Assembly: GCA_017886205.1 (NCBI GenBank)
Contig: JAFNEO010000009.1
Coordinates: forward strand, 71,747-135,746
Reading direction: 5' to 3'
Length of the DNA stretch: 64,000 nucleotides
Source: Candidatus Aminicenantes bacterium
GTDB lineage: Bacteria; Acidobacteriota; Aminicenantia; Aminicenantales; UBA8522
In this document: positions 27,971 through 38,877 of the stretch, one piece after another
How the letters are laid out: every line of letters starts with the position of its first letter
How positions within the stretch are numbered: the first letter of the stretch is position 1
Position numbers and translations under genes: made by a program
The notes under the pieces: generated by a model
What the model was told of the DNA's origin: nothing
What the model saw: the letters and a program-made list of their open reading frames with translations, nothing else
Databases searched by the model: none

Positions 27971-29274
27971 CAGAACCCTTTGAGCACGTCCTTTAGGTTG
28001 GGCGAGCCGATCTCCTCGAGTTCGTAGCGGACGCGGAGCAGCTTCTTGTTGGTGGTGAGGACTCGGTTGAGGTCGATAGGGGTGGCGCTCACGACCAGGT
28101 CGCAGTCGATCCGGTCGATGGTCGCGGCCAGCTCACTGGTCTGCTTGTCGCCGTAGCCCATGGCGGGGAGGACCCTGTCCAGGTGGTTGTATTTCTCGAA
28201 TGTCTTCTTGATGCTCCCGACCGCAAAGGGACGCGGATCGATGATCTCGGCGGCGCCGTATTTCTGGGCGGCGACGATCCCGGCGCCGAACTTCATGCCG
28301 CCGTGGGTCAGGGTCGGGCCGTCCTCGATGACCAGGACACGCTTGCCCGCGATGGCCCCGCCGTCGTCGACTGTGATCTTGGAGTTGGCGCGGATGATCA
28401 CGGCCCCGGGGTTGAGGCTCTTGATATTCGCCATGACGATATCGACCTGGTCCTTCTGGGCTGTGTCCATCTTGTTGATGACGATGACCTTGGCCCGGCG
28501 GAAGTTGGTCTCGCCGGGATGGTAACGGAGTTCGTGGCCCGCCCGATGGGGGTCGGCGACGACGATCTCGAGGTTGGACCTGTAAAAAGAGAAGTCGTTG
28601 TTGCCGCCGTCCCAGAGGATGACGTCGGCTTCTTTCTCGGCCTGCCTCAGGATGGCCCCATAGTCGACGCCCGCATAGACGATGATCCCGTTGTCGATAT
28701 GGGGCTCGTACTCTTCGCGCTCCTCGATCGTGCACTCGTGCTTGTCCAGGTCGGAGTAGGCGGCGAAACGCTGAACCTTCTGCTTCACTAGGTCGCCGTA
28801 GGGCATGGGATGGCGGATGACGGCGACCCTCCGGCCCTTGGCCTTGAGGAGGAGGGCGACCTTGCGGCTGGTCTGGCTCTTGCCGGACCCCGTGCGCACG
28901 GCGCACACCGAGACCACGGGCTTCCGACTCTTGATCATGGTGTCGTCGGGGCCGAGGAGGACGAAGTTGGCTCCGGCAGCCATGACCTGGGAGGCCTTGT
29001 GCATCACATACTCGTGGGAGACGTCGCTGTAGGCGAAATGGACATCATCCACCTTGTGCTCGTTGATGAGTGAATTGAGGTCCGCCTCGGAGTGGATCGG
29101 GATGCCCTTGGGGTAAAGCTTCCCCGCGAGCTCGGCCGGGTACTTGCGGCCCTCGATGTCCGGGATCTGGGTGGCGGTGAAGGCGACGACCTTGTAGGCC
29201 GGGTTGTTGCGGAAGTAGACGTTGAAATTGTGGAAGTCCCTTCCGGCGGCGCCCATGATGATGACTTTCTTCAT
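27970..29274 (-). CDS. arcE: cDPGS-like P-loop protein, probable arginine synthetase (ArcE)
   Basis: GAAGRDFHNFN, AVRTGSGKSQ, RHPMPYG, EEREEYE, WDGGNND and EDGPT motifs; directly upstream of arcC and argF. Confidence 0.75.
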   Translation of the reverse strand: MKKVIIMGAAGRDFHNFNVYFRNNPAYKVVAFTATQIPDIEGRKYPAELAGKLYPKGIPIHSEADLNSLINEHKVDDVHFAYSDVSHEYVMHKASQVMAAGANFVLLGPDDTMIKSRKPVVSVCAVRTGSGKSQTSRKVALLLKAKGRRVAVIRHPMPYGDLVKQKVQRFAAYSDLDKHECTIEEREEYEPHIDNGIIVYAGVDYGAILRQAEKEADVILWDGGNNDFSFYRSNLEIVVADPHRAGHELRYHPGETNFRRAKVIVINKMDTAQKDQVDIVMANIKSLNPGAVIIRANSKITVDDGGAIAGKRVLVIEDGPTLTHGGMKFGAGIVAAQKYGAAEIIDPRPFAVGSIKKTFEKYNHLDRVLPAMGYGDKQTSELAATIDRIDCDLVVSATPIDLNRVLTTNKKLLRVRYELEEIGSPNLKDVLKGF

Positions 29275-29400
29275 GATAATTGCTCCTTATCAGACCGGGC
29301 GGCCTATTTTATGGGACAGACTGCCCCGTCAAAAAAATGAACGATTAGTATAATACAGGCGCTCGGGTTAAATCAAACGGCTTGCCCCACGTTGGGGCGG

Positions 29401-30825
29401 TCAGCTCTTGTGGGCATTCAGCCCGTGCTGGAGCTTGCTGTGCTTGACGCTGTAGAGGAAGTAAATGAGCAGGCCGGCCAGGAGCCAGGCGCCGAACCGG
29501 AACCAGGTCACCTTGGGCAGGCTGTACATGAGGTAGAAACAGAAGCCGACCGTGATCAGCGGCGTGAAGGGCACTCCCGGCGTCTTGAACTTCCTCTCCA
29601 CCTCGGGCCGGGTCTTTCTCAGGACGATGACGCCGATGGAGACGAGGACGAAGGCGAACAGGGTGCCGATGTTGCAAAGGTCGATAATCATGGTCAGCGG
29701 GAAAAGGCCGGCGATCAGGGCGGTTACTGTCCCTGTTATCCAGGTGCAGATGTGAGGGGTTTTGTGGACGCGGTGGACCCGTGCGAAGGAGGCGGGGAGG
29801 AGGCCGTCCCTAGCCATGACCATGAAGATCCGGACCTGCCCATAGAGGGTGACGAGCAAGGTCGAGATCATCCCGATGACGGCGCCAGTGGCGACGAGGG
29901 CTCCTCCCCAGCGGATCCCGATCCTGGCGAGGGCGGCGGGGAGCGCGTTGCCGACGTCGATCTCCTTGAACGGGACCATGCCGGTCAGGACGAAGGCCAC
30001 CGAGATGTAGAGAATGATGATGACACCCAGGCAGATCATGAGGCCCAGGGGGACATCGCGCTTGGGATTTCGGGTCTCCTCTGCGGCCGTGGAGACGGCG
30101 TCGAACCCGATGTAGGCAAAAAAGATGATGGCTGCTCCGGCCATGATCCCCTTCCAGCCGAAGGGGGCGAAGGGGTTGAAATTGGTGAAATCGACGTGGG
30201 AGACGCCCAGGAAGACGAAGAGCAGGATCACGGCGATCTTGATGGCGACGATGATATTGTTGATCTTGGCGCTCTCCCGGATCCCGATGTAGAGGATCCA
30301 GCTTATGCCCATGGTGATAAGGATCGCGGGGAGGTCGACGACTCCGCCGGAAAAAATAACCTTGCCCGCGGCGGACGTAGTCACGGGCGGCGTGATCAGA
30401 GCCTTCGGCAGCTTGAGCCCCATTTGGGTGAGCAGTGGGATGAATGTGGTCGACCAGCCGGAGGCGACGGCGCTGGCCGCGACCAGGTATTCGAGCATCA
30501 AATCCCAGCCGATGATCCAGGCGACGAGCTCGCCGAAGGCCACATAGGAGTAGGAGTAAGTGCTTCCGGCGACCGGAAACATGCAGGCCAGCTCGGAGTA
30601 GGTGAGAGCGCAGAATGCGCAGGTGATCGCGGCGATGATGAAGGACATGAGGATGCCGGGCCCGGCCAGCTGGGACCCCTGGCCGGTGGCCACGAATATC
30701 CCGGTGCCGACGACCGATCCGATCCCGAGGGCGGCCAGGTCGACGGCCCTCAGGTTCTTTTTAAGCAGGGTGTGGTCGGACGCTTCGTTGATTTGCGCGG
30801 GTGTCTTGGTGACCCAAATGTTCAC
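29401..30825 (-). CDS. APC-family (cationic-type) amino acid permease
   Basis: GIGSVVGTGIF, YSELA, AGSTYSY, AYIGFDAV, EETRNPKR and ARDGLLP motifs; many TM helices. Confidence 0.92.
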   Translation of the reverse strand: MNIWVTKTPAQINEASDHTLLKKNLRAVDLAALGIGSVVGTGIFVATGQGSQLAGPGILMSFIIAAITCAFCALTYSELACMFPVAGSTYSYSYVAFGELVAWIIGWDLMLEYLVAASAVASGWSTTFIPLLTQMGLKLPKALITPPVTTSAAGKVIFSGGVVDLPAILITMGISWILYIGIRESAKINNIIVAIKIAVILLFVFLGVSHVDFTNFNPFAPFGWKGIMAGAAIIFFAYIGFDAVSTAAEETRNPKRDVPLGLMICLGVIIILYISVAFVLTGMVPFKEIDVGNALPAALARIGIRWGGALVATGAVIGMISTLLVTLYGQVRIFMVMARDGLLPASFARVHRVHKTPHICTWITGTVTALIAGLFPLTMIIDLCNIGTLFAFVLVSIGVIVLRKTRPEVERKFKTPGVPFTPLITVGFCFYLMYSLPKVTWFRFGAWLLAGLLIYFLYSVKHSKLQHGLNAHKS

Positions 30826-30921
30826 GGCGACCTCCGGAGAAGAGACTGAAAAAACTCATGGAAGAATGAGTTATGATAGTCAGATTCCCGGCCCTATGCA
30901 ATCAAAAAATAAGGGTCCGGG

Positions 30922-31074
30922 CTACTGACCTTCGGTCTGCTTCTTCCAGGCCTGGTCCTTCCGATCGTAGCCCTTCCCTCCCTTTTTCGTGGAGTGGGGC
31001 TTGCTGGGAGGAGGAAGCGGCCGCCGGACCTGCTTCCAGGCCGGTTTCTGGCGCCGGTTAACCTGATGAGGCAT
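30922..31074 (-). CDS. 50-aa basic small protein with an ArfA/ArfT-like motif (absent from the ORF track)
   Basis: Hand translation: MPHQVNRRQKPAWKQVRRPLPPPSKPHSTKKGGKGYDRKDQAWKKQTEGQ*. AGAAGGA lies just upstream of the ATG. Confidence 0.6.
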   Translation of the reverse strand: MPHQVNRRQKPAWKQVRRPLPPPSKPHSTKKGGKGYDRKDQAWKKQTEGQ

Positions 31075-31140
31075 CTGTCCTTCTTTTATTTTGCCATTAC
31101 GAGCACGAGCGAAGCAATCTCATCCTATCGTCTTTACCCG

Positions 31141-31191
31141 AAAAATTGGGGACGGTTCCATTTTCTGAAAAATTAGGACCGTCCCTTTTTT
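31141..31191. terminator. Hairpin flanked by A and T runs (terminator or REP) downstream of the phosphoesterase gene
   Basis: GGGACGGTTCC...GGACCGTCCC, with AAAAA before and TTTTTT after. Confidence 0.5.
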
Positions 31192-31209
31192 ATACACTGT
31201 CATCTGCGG

Positions 31210-31692
31210 TCAAAGGGCAACGATCTCCGCTTCGAGCTTATCCGAATCGAGCAGCGCCACCGTGCTTTTTCCGGTGAGCCAGCCGCCGGCCTCACCCGGG
31301 TTGAGGAGCAGGATTTTGCCTTCTTTCCGGATGTCCGGCTTATGAGTATGGCCGAAGATGATGACGTCGTATCTCCCCGACGAAGCGTAAGTCGCGACCG
31401 AGAAATGATAATGGACGAGGAGGATCTCGCGGCCGCCGTGGGCAAAGAGGAGCGGCGCGTCCTGAATCTCCCCGATTTTTTCCAGGGCCATTTCCAAACC
31501 TTGTTTTTCCCCGTCGCAGTTCCCGAAGACCGCTTTGACGGGGCAACCGAGAGCCGCCAGTTCCTTGGCGGCAAACGGCGCCACTACATCGCCCGCGTGA
31601 AGAACCAGTTCACACCCGGCATTCTTAAAAAGCGCCACCGCCTTGCGGATCTGTGGTACGTTGTCGTGCGAATCCGACATCACCCCGATCAT
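31210..31692 (-). CDS. YfcE-like metallophosphoesterase
   Basis: SDSHDN, HAGD, GNCD, GHTH and NPG motifs. Confidence 0.92.
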   Translation of the reverse strand: MIGVMSDSHDNVPQIRKAVALFKNAGCELVLHAGDVVAPFAAKELAALGCPVKAVFGNCDGEKQGLEMALEKIGEIQDAPLLFAHGGREILLVHYHFSVATYASSGRYDVIIFGHTHKPDIRKEGKILLLNPGEAGGWLTGKSTVALLDSDKLEAEIVAL

Positions 31693-31804
31693 GGTATTTC
31701 TCCTCTTATCAATTATAGCGACTTTTGCCCTTGGCTGAAAAGGGTCAAGCTGCGGCGCCCGACCCGGACAACCAGCCAGAAAAGGCGGTCTGGCCGCGCA
31801 GTCC

Positions 31805-31834
31805 TTGACACTTCCAGGCTAAATTCTCTATTAT
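31805..31834 (+). promoter_or_regulatory. Sigma70 promoter for tRNA-Val/thrS
   Basis: TTGACA (31805-31810), 18-nt spacer, TATTAT (31829-31834). Confidence 0.6.
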
Positions 31835-31856
31835 ACTAGCCGTTCGCCGAAGAAAC

Positions 31857-31931
31857 AGGCGCGTGGCTCAGTGGTAGAGCGCTTCCTTGACGCGGAAGAG
31901 GCCGTGGGTTCGATTCCCTCCGCGCCTACCA
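31857..31931 (+). tRNA. tRNA-Val (GAC)
   Basis: Acceptor stem AGGCGCG/CGCGCCT, encoded ACCA end, anticodon arm CTTCC-TTGACGC-GGAAG, T-loop GTTCGATTC. Confidence 0.97.
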
Positions 31932-32023
31932 TCGAACAATTGAGTATTCAAGAGGTCATATAGAAGATTGCATATTTCGTCATCCCCCCTGTTGAATACC
32001 TCTCAACCATAAGGACTGATGAG

Positions 32024-33949
<1,926 letters not shown>

Positions 33950-33960
33950 GGAGGCCAAGC

Positions 33961-34560
33961 ATTTTTAGAAGACAGCCATTCTATCCAGGACCCAGGAAAG
34001 CCAGACTGCATCGGATCAATGAAATGATTCACGCCAAAGAGATCAGAGTGATCGACCAAGACAAAAAGCAGCTCGGGATCCTTCCCGTGCCCGACGCTCT
34101 GTCTCTGGCCAGGCAAAAGGGGTTCGACCTCGTCGAGATCGCCCCCACGGCCAACCCTCCCGTCTGCCGGATCATGGACTATGGAAAATTCCTGTACGAG
34201 GAACACAAGAGGGAGCATGAGGCCAAGAAGCACCAGAAGCAGGTCCAGATCAAGGAGATCAAGTTCCGGCCGAAGATCAGCATCCACGACTACGCTTTCA
34301 AGATGAAACACGTGAAGGAGTTCTTGGGAGAAGGCAACAAGGTCAAGATCACGATCATGATCCGGGGCCGGGAACGCTCCAAGCCGGAGCTGGCTCATCA
34401 GCTCATGAACCGGATCCAGGCCGACGCCCAGGAGTTCGGGCGCCAGGACGGAGATATGAGGAAACAGGATTGGGCCGTATCCGCCCTGCTGGTCCCCGCC
34501 AAATCAGGAGGAAAAGATGCCAAAGCTAAAGACACACAAGGGAGCCCAAAAGAGGTTTAA
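33961..34560 (+). CDS. infC: Translation initiation factor IF-3 (ATT start)
   Basis: AAGGAGG at 33948-33954, then an in-frame ATT at 33961. RINE, DLVEIAP, PPVCRIMDYGK and KEIKFRPKI motifs. Confidence 0.95.
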   Translation: MFRRQPFYPGPRKARLHRINEMIHAKEIRVIDQDKKQLGILPVPDALSLARQKGFDLVEIAPTANPPVCRIMDYGKFLYEEHKREHEAKKHQKQVQIKEIKFRPKISIHDYAFKMKHVKEFLGEGNKVKITIMIRGRERSKPELAHQLMNRIQADAQEFGRQDGDMRKQDWAVSALLVPAKSGGKDAKAKDTQGSPKEV

Positions 34561-34717
34561 GGTCACAGCCAAGAAGAAGATCGTTCATAGCCGGGCGTTC
34601 AGGAGCCACCTGCTGGCCACGAAGGACGCCAAGAGGAAGAGGCGGCTGGGCCAGAAAGTCGTGGTCAGCCGGGCCGACCGGGGGGCCGTCAAAAAGATGC
34701 TGCCCTACGAGTTCTAG
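34517..34717 (+). CDS. rpmI: 50S ribosomal protein L35
   Basis: [17 protein letters not shown]. Confidence 0.97.
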   Translation: MPKLKTHKGAQKRFKVTAKKKIVHSRAFRSHLLATKDAKRKRRLGQKVVVSRADRGAVKKMLPYEF

Positions 34718-34737
34718 AGAAACAGAAGGAGTTCAAG

Positions 34738-35094
34738 ATGCCGCGAGTCAAGAGAGGAACAAAGCGAAGAGCCCGCCGGGCAAAATATTTGAAGCTGGCC
34801 AAGGGCTACTGGGGAGCGAAGAGCCACAACTACCGGACAGCCAAGGAAGCCGTGGAGAAATCTCTTCTCTACGCTTACCGCGATCGGCGCAACAAGAAAC
34901 GGGATTTCCGGCGCCTCTGGATCATCCGGATCAAGGCCGCATCAGAGCAGAACGGGTTGAGCTATAGCCGTTTCATCAACGGTTTGAAGCGACACCACGT
35001 CGAGCTCGACCGCAAGGTCCTGGCCGACCTGGCCGTCAATGCTCCCCAGTCGTTCACCGCTCTCGTCCAGAAGGTCAGAGAAGCCGTGACCTGA
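34738..35094 (+). CDS. rplT: 50S ribosomal protein L20
   Basis: [32 protein letters not shown]. Confidence 0.98.
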   Translation: MPRVKRGTKRRARRAKYLKLAKGYWGAKSHNYRTAKEAVEKSLLYAYRDRRNKKRDFRRLWIIRIKAASEQNGLSYSRFINGLKRHHVELDRKVLADLAVNAPQSFTALVQKVREAVT

Positions 35095-35095
35095 G

Positions 35096-36130
35096 ATGAA
35101 GAATTTCGAGAGCCGTGTTGACGAGCTCAGGAAGAAATTCGAAGGGGCCTTAGCCGGAGTTAATGACGACAGAGCGCTCGAGGACCTGCGCAACGAGTTT
35201 CTGAGCCGGAAGAGGGGACATCTCACCCTCTTTTTTGATGACCTCAAGGCCCTCACCCCCGAGGAAAGGCCGGTCGCCGGCAAGCTCGTCAACGAGTTGA
35301 AAATCCAAGTCCAGGAGGCCCTGACCACACGGCAGGGGAAGCTCGCGACCCGGGTCGTTACCCCGGACAAAGCGGACCTGACGCTCCCCGGGGAGAAGCT
35401 CCCCTGGGGAGCCCCCCATCCATTGATGCTCTTCCAGGAGGAGATCGAGAATATCTTCCTGGCCATGGGCTTCTCCATCGCCGAAGGCCCGGAGATCGAG
35501 ACGGACTACTATAATTTTGAGGCCCTGAACTTTCCGCCCCATCATCCCGCAAGGGACAGCTGGGACACTCTTTACCTCGGCGATGACCTCTTGCTCCGGA
35601 CCCATACATCGCCGATGCAGATCCGGGTGATGGAGAAATTCAAGCCTCCCATCCGCATCATCATCCCCGGCAAGGTCTACAGACGCGAGGCCATCGACCC
35701 CACCCACCTGCCCATGTTCTGCCAGGTGGAAGGGCTCCTGGTGGACGAAGGAGTGACCCTGGCCCACCTCAAAGGGACTCTGGAGCATTTTCTCAAGACC
35801 CTTCTCGGCGACAAGATCGAGATCCGGTTCCGGCCGAGCTTCTTCCCGTTTACCGAGCCTTCGGCCGAAGTGGACATCAGCTGCATCCTCTGCCGCGGGA
35901 AGGACCCGGCCTGTCCCATCTGCGGAGGCACCGGCTGGAAAGAGCTCTTGGGAGCGGGGATGGTCGACCCCCAAGTCCTCAAGAACGTCAACATCGATCC
36001 CGAGAGGTATTCCGGCTGGGCGTTCGGCCTGGGCATTGAGAGGACGGCCATGTTCCGCTATCAGATCGCGGACATGCGCATATTCTACGAGAACGACCTG
36101 CGCTTCACCCGGCAGTTTAGCTTGAAATGA
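35096..36130 (+). CDS. pheS: Phenylalanine--tRNA ligase alpha subunit
   Basis: HPAR, LRTHTS, FPFTEPS and AFGLGIER motifs. Confidence 0.97.
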   Translation: MKNFESRVDELRKKFEGALAGVNDDRALEDLRNEFLSRKRGHLTLFFDDLKALTPEERPVAGKLVNELKIQVQEALTTRQGKLATRVVTPDKADLTLPGEKLPWGAPHPLMLFQEEIENIFLAMGFSIAEGPEIETDYYNFEALNFPPHHPARDSWDTLYLGDDLLLRTHTSPMQIRVMEKFKPPIRIIIPGKVYRREAIDPTHLPMFCQVEGLLVDEGVTLAHLKGTLEHFLKTLLGDKIEIRFRPSFFPFTEPSAEVDISCILCRGKDPACPICGGTGWKELLGAGMVDPQVLKNVNIDPERYSGWAFGLGIERTAMFRYQIADMRIFYENDLRFTRQFSLK

Positions 36131-38202
36131 AGATCAGTCTGAACTGGCTGAAGGAATATCTGGACGGGGATATCTCTGTCCAAACCGCCGTCGAGGCCCT
36201 GGAGCGCATCGGCCTGATGGTGGAAGGCCGGGAGGAAAAAGACGGAGACATCGTCCTCGAGGTCGAAACCTACTCGAACCGCCCCGACACTCTGGGCCAC
36301 TTGGGCATGGCCCGGGAGCTGGCCGTTGCGCTGGGTCTGCGCCTGAAAGAGAGGAACTGGCCGCTCTCGGAGCTCGCTGTCCGGACCGCCGACCTGGCGG
36401 ACGTCCAGATCCTGGACGCAGACCTCTGCCCGCGGTACTGCGGGGTCGTAGTCAAGGGAATCAAAGTCGGGCCTTCGCCGGCCTGGCTGCAGAAGAGGAT
36501 TGAGTCCATGGGGCTCAACCCCATCAACAATGTCGTCGACGTCAGCAACTATGTCCTCTTCTCGACCTCCCATCCCATCCATGCCTTCGACCTGGACAAG
36601 ATCGCCGGGGCCCGGGTGATCATCCGGCGGGCCAAGAAGGGGGAAAGGCTCCTCTGTCTCGACGGCACGGACCTGAGCCTCGCTCCGGACATGCTGGTCA
36701 TCGCCGACGAGGTGAAACCGATCGCCCTGGCCGGAGTTATCGGCGGGCAGGCCTCGGCCGTGACCGAAGAGACCAAGGACATATTTATCGAGAGCGCCTA
36801 TTTCAACCCGGTCTCGGTCCGGCTGACCCGCAAAGCGGCCGGCCTCCAGACCGATGCGTCCTACCGGTTCGAGAGGGGCGCGGACATATCCTTTCCCCCT
36901 CAAGCGGCCTTGATGGCGGCTTCGCTTCTCACCCCGTTCGGCGGCCGGTCGAGCCGGGAGCCGGCTGATGTCTTCCCGCTTCCCCCCAAGAAGAAAGAGA
37001 TCATCCTGCGCCATCGCCGTATCACCGAACTCCTCGGGGTCCAAGTCGACGAAACCTTTGTCCAAAAAACTCTCACCGACCTGGAACTGGGCGTCGAGCA
37101 GCAGCAGCCCGGCGTCTGGCGAGTCAAGGCGCCCAGCTGGCGAGTGGACCTTGACCGTGAGGCCGACCTGATCGAAGAGGTGGCGCGCTTTTACGGGTAC
37201 GAGAAGGTCCCCTCCGTCGTTCCGTCCCTCCAGGTCGTCGACCCGATCCCGGACAAGAGCCGAGAGAAGCTGGACCGGGTCCGTCCGCTCCTGTTTCATT
37301 ATGGATTCAACGAGGTCATCAATTTCAGCTTTTCCGATGCCGACAGGGAGCGATTGTTGGCGACCGGATTCGAAGCCATACAGATCCGGAATCCCATCTC
37401 TGCCAAGGCCTCGCTCCTGAGGACGAACATCCTCGGCGGCCTTTTGGAAACGGCGGCCTGGAACAAGAATCGAGGCCTGGACGCCATCCAAATCTTCGAG
37501 ACCGGCAATGTCTATTTTCGCGATGAGCGCGGCTGCCGGGAGCGCCTGACCCTGGGGCTCCTGAGCACGGGGATGCGGGAAGAGCCGCACTGGAGGCAGA
37601 AAAGCCGGGAGGCGGATTTCTTCCACCTCAAGGGCGTCTGTGAAGCCCTCCTCCAGCAGCTGCGCTACGAACCGTTCTCCTTTGAAAAAGCCGAGCATCC
37701 CTGCTTTGAACCCGGGTCCGGCCTGGCCATGGCCTACAAAGAGGAGAAAATCGGCTATCTCGGCCTAGTAGTGGGCCGGATCAGGGAAGTTTTCGACTTG
37801 AAGCAGCCGGTCTGCGCGGCCGAGATCGACCTCGAGCTCCTGTTCGGAAAGCAGCCCAAGCCGTTCACCTACGAAGCGGTAGCCAAGTACCCGGCCATCG
37901 TCCGGGATGTGTCCCTGCTCGTGCCGCGGGATGTGTCCTACCAAGATATCTGCAAAGCGATCGAGAAGCTCCCTCTTCCTATCCTGGAAGAGTCCCGGCT
38001 CATCGATCTGTATTCCGGGGAATCGGTCCCCAAGGACAAGATTTCCCTATCGTTCCGCTTTGTCTACCGTCATCTCCAGAGGACACTCCTGGCCGAAGAG
38101 GTGGATAGGGCGGAGCAGCAGGTTCTCGTTCAACTAAAACGGGCCTTTGGGGCTCAACTCAGGGAAGGAGGCAAAATTGACAACAGAACTGGAAAGAATT
38201 AA
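36127..38202 (+). CDS. pheT: Phenylalanine--tRNA ligase beta subunit (short form without the B2 OB-fold)
   Basis: MKISLNWL, NRPD, INNVVD, RFERG, DLIEEVAR and a C-terminal FDX-ACB domain. Confidence 0.95.
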   Translation: MKISLNWLKEYLDGDISVQTAVEALERIGLMVEGREEKDGDIVLEVETYSNRPDTLGHLGMARELAVALGLRLKERNWPLSELAVRTADLADVQILDADLCPRYCGVVVKGIKVGPSPAWLQKRIESMGLNPINNVVDVSNYVLFSTSHPIHAFDLDKIAGARVIIRRAKKGERLLCLDGTDLSLAPDMLVIADEVKPIALAGVIGGQASAVTEETKDIFIESAYFNPVSVRLTRKAAGLQTDASYRFERGADISFPPQAALMAASLLTPFGGRSSREPADVFPLPPKKKEIILRHRRITELLGVQVDETFVQKTLTDLELGVEQQQPGVWRVKAPSWRVDLDREADLIEEVARFYGYEKVPSVVPSLQVVDPIPDKSREKLDRVRPLLFHYGFNEVINFSFSDADRERLLATGFEAIQIRNPISAKASLLRTNILGGLLETAAWNKNRGLDAIQIFETGNVYFRDERGCRERLTLGLLSTGMREEPHWRQKSREADFFHLKGVCEALLQQLRYEPFSFEKAEHPCFEPGSGLAMAYKEEKIGYLGLVVGRIREVFDLKQPVCAAEIDLELLFGKQPKPFTYEAVAKYPAIVRDVSLLVPRDVSYQDICKAIEKLPLPILEESRLIDLYSGESVPKDKISLSFRFVYRHLQRTLLAEEVDRAEQQVLVQLKRAFGAQLREGGKIDNRTGKN

Positions 38203-38437
38203 GATACTAGAAGGAAAGATCTCCCAGGTTATTGATTACGTCAACAAGCTGACCGCCGAAAACGACAAGCTCAAGCAGCAGGTCAAAGAGTTCAAGGCCG
38301 GGGTCAAGGACTACGAAGAGCAGTCCAGAAAGACGGTCAAGTTTGAGGAGGACCTGAAACGCTGCGAAAGCGAGAGGGAAGTCATTAAAACCAAGATCGA
38401 GGCCATCATCGGCCAGATCGATAAGCTTGGGTTATGA
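38177..38437 (+). CDS. ZapB-like coiled-coil protein
   Basis: TTG start after AAGGAGG; coiled coil directly upstream of zapA. Confidence 0.7.
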   Translation: MTTELERIKILEGKISQVIDYVNKLTAENDKLKQQVKEFKAGVKDYEEQSRKTVKFEEDLKRCESEREVIKTKIEAIIGQIDKLGL

Positions 38438-38760
38438 TCGACCGCATCATCGAAGTCGAGATTTACGGTCAGAAGTACCGTATTAGAGTCAGAGGAGAAG
38501 AGGATGAGAAATATATAAATCATCTGACTTCTTATGTTGATCAAAAGATGCACGAAGTTGCAGTCAAATCGAAGTCGGCGGATATGTTGAAGATCGCCGT
38601 GCTCGCGGCCATGAACATCGCCGACGAATTTTTCCTCAGCCAGAAGAAGCTGGATCAACTGAATGAAGTCATCGGGCAGATGGAGAGTGAAATCGGGAGC
38701 CTGGACGCCCACCTTTCGAAAGAGGACAAGGAATACGATGATCTGGAGAAAACTCCATAA
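38434..38760 (+). CDS. zapA: Cell division protein ZapA
   Basis: VEIYGQKY, YVDQKM and IAVLAAMNIADE. Confidence 0.92.
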   Translation: MIDRIIEVEIYGQKYRIRVRGEEDEKYINHLTSYVDQKMHEVAVKSKSADMLKIAVLAAMNIADEFFLSQKKLDQLNEVIGQMESEIGSLDAHLSKEDKEYDDLEKTP

Positions 38761-38877
38761 AACAACCGACCACAGGACGCCGGTCGCGACAGCTGTCTCT
38801 TACGCCCGTCTTTTCCATGTAGTCTCATAGGCTTTTCCCGTCTCCTCTCTTCCGCCCCTCCTCGAAGGAGGTAGAAC

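Noticed and set aside
29275-29400. ARG box or riboswitch upstream of the arcE-like gene
   Set aside because: No ArgR-box consensus was seen; only promoter-like hexamers and a short imperfect palindrome (GGGACAGACTGCCC).
38761-38877. 6S RNA (ssrS), often found downstream of zapA
   Set aside because: The spacer is only 117 nt and lacks the long self-complementary rod; 6S RNA is about 180 nt.
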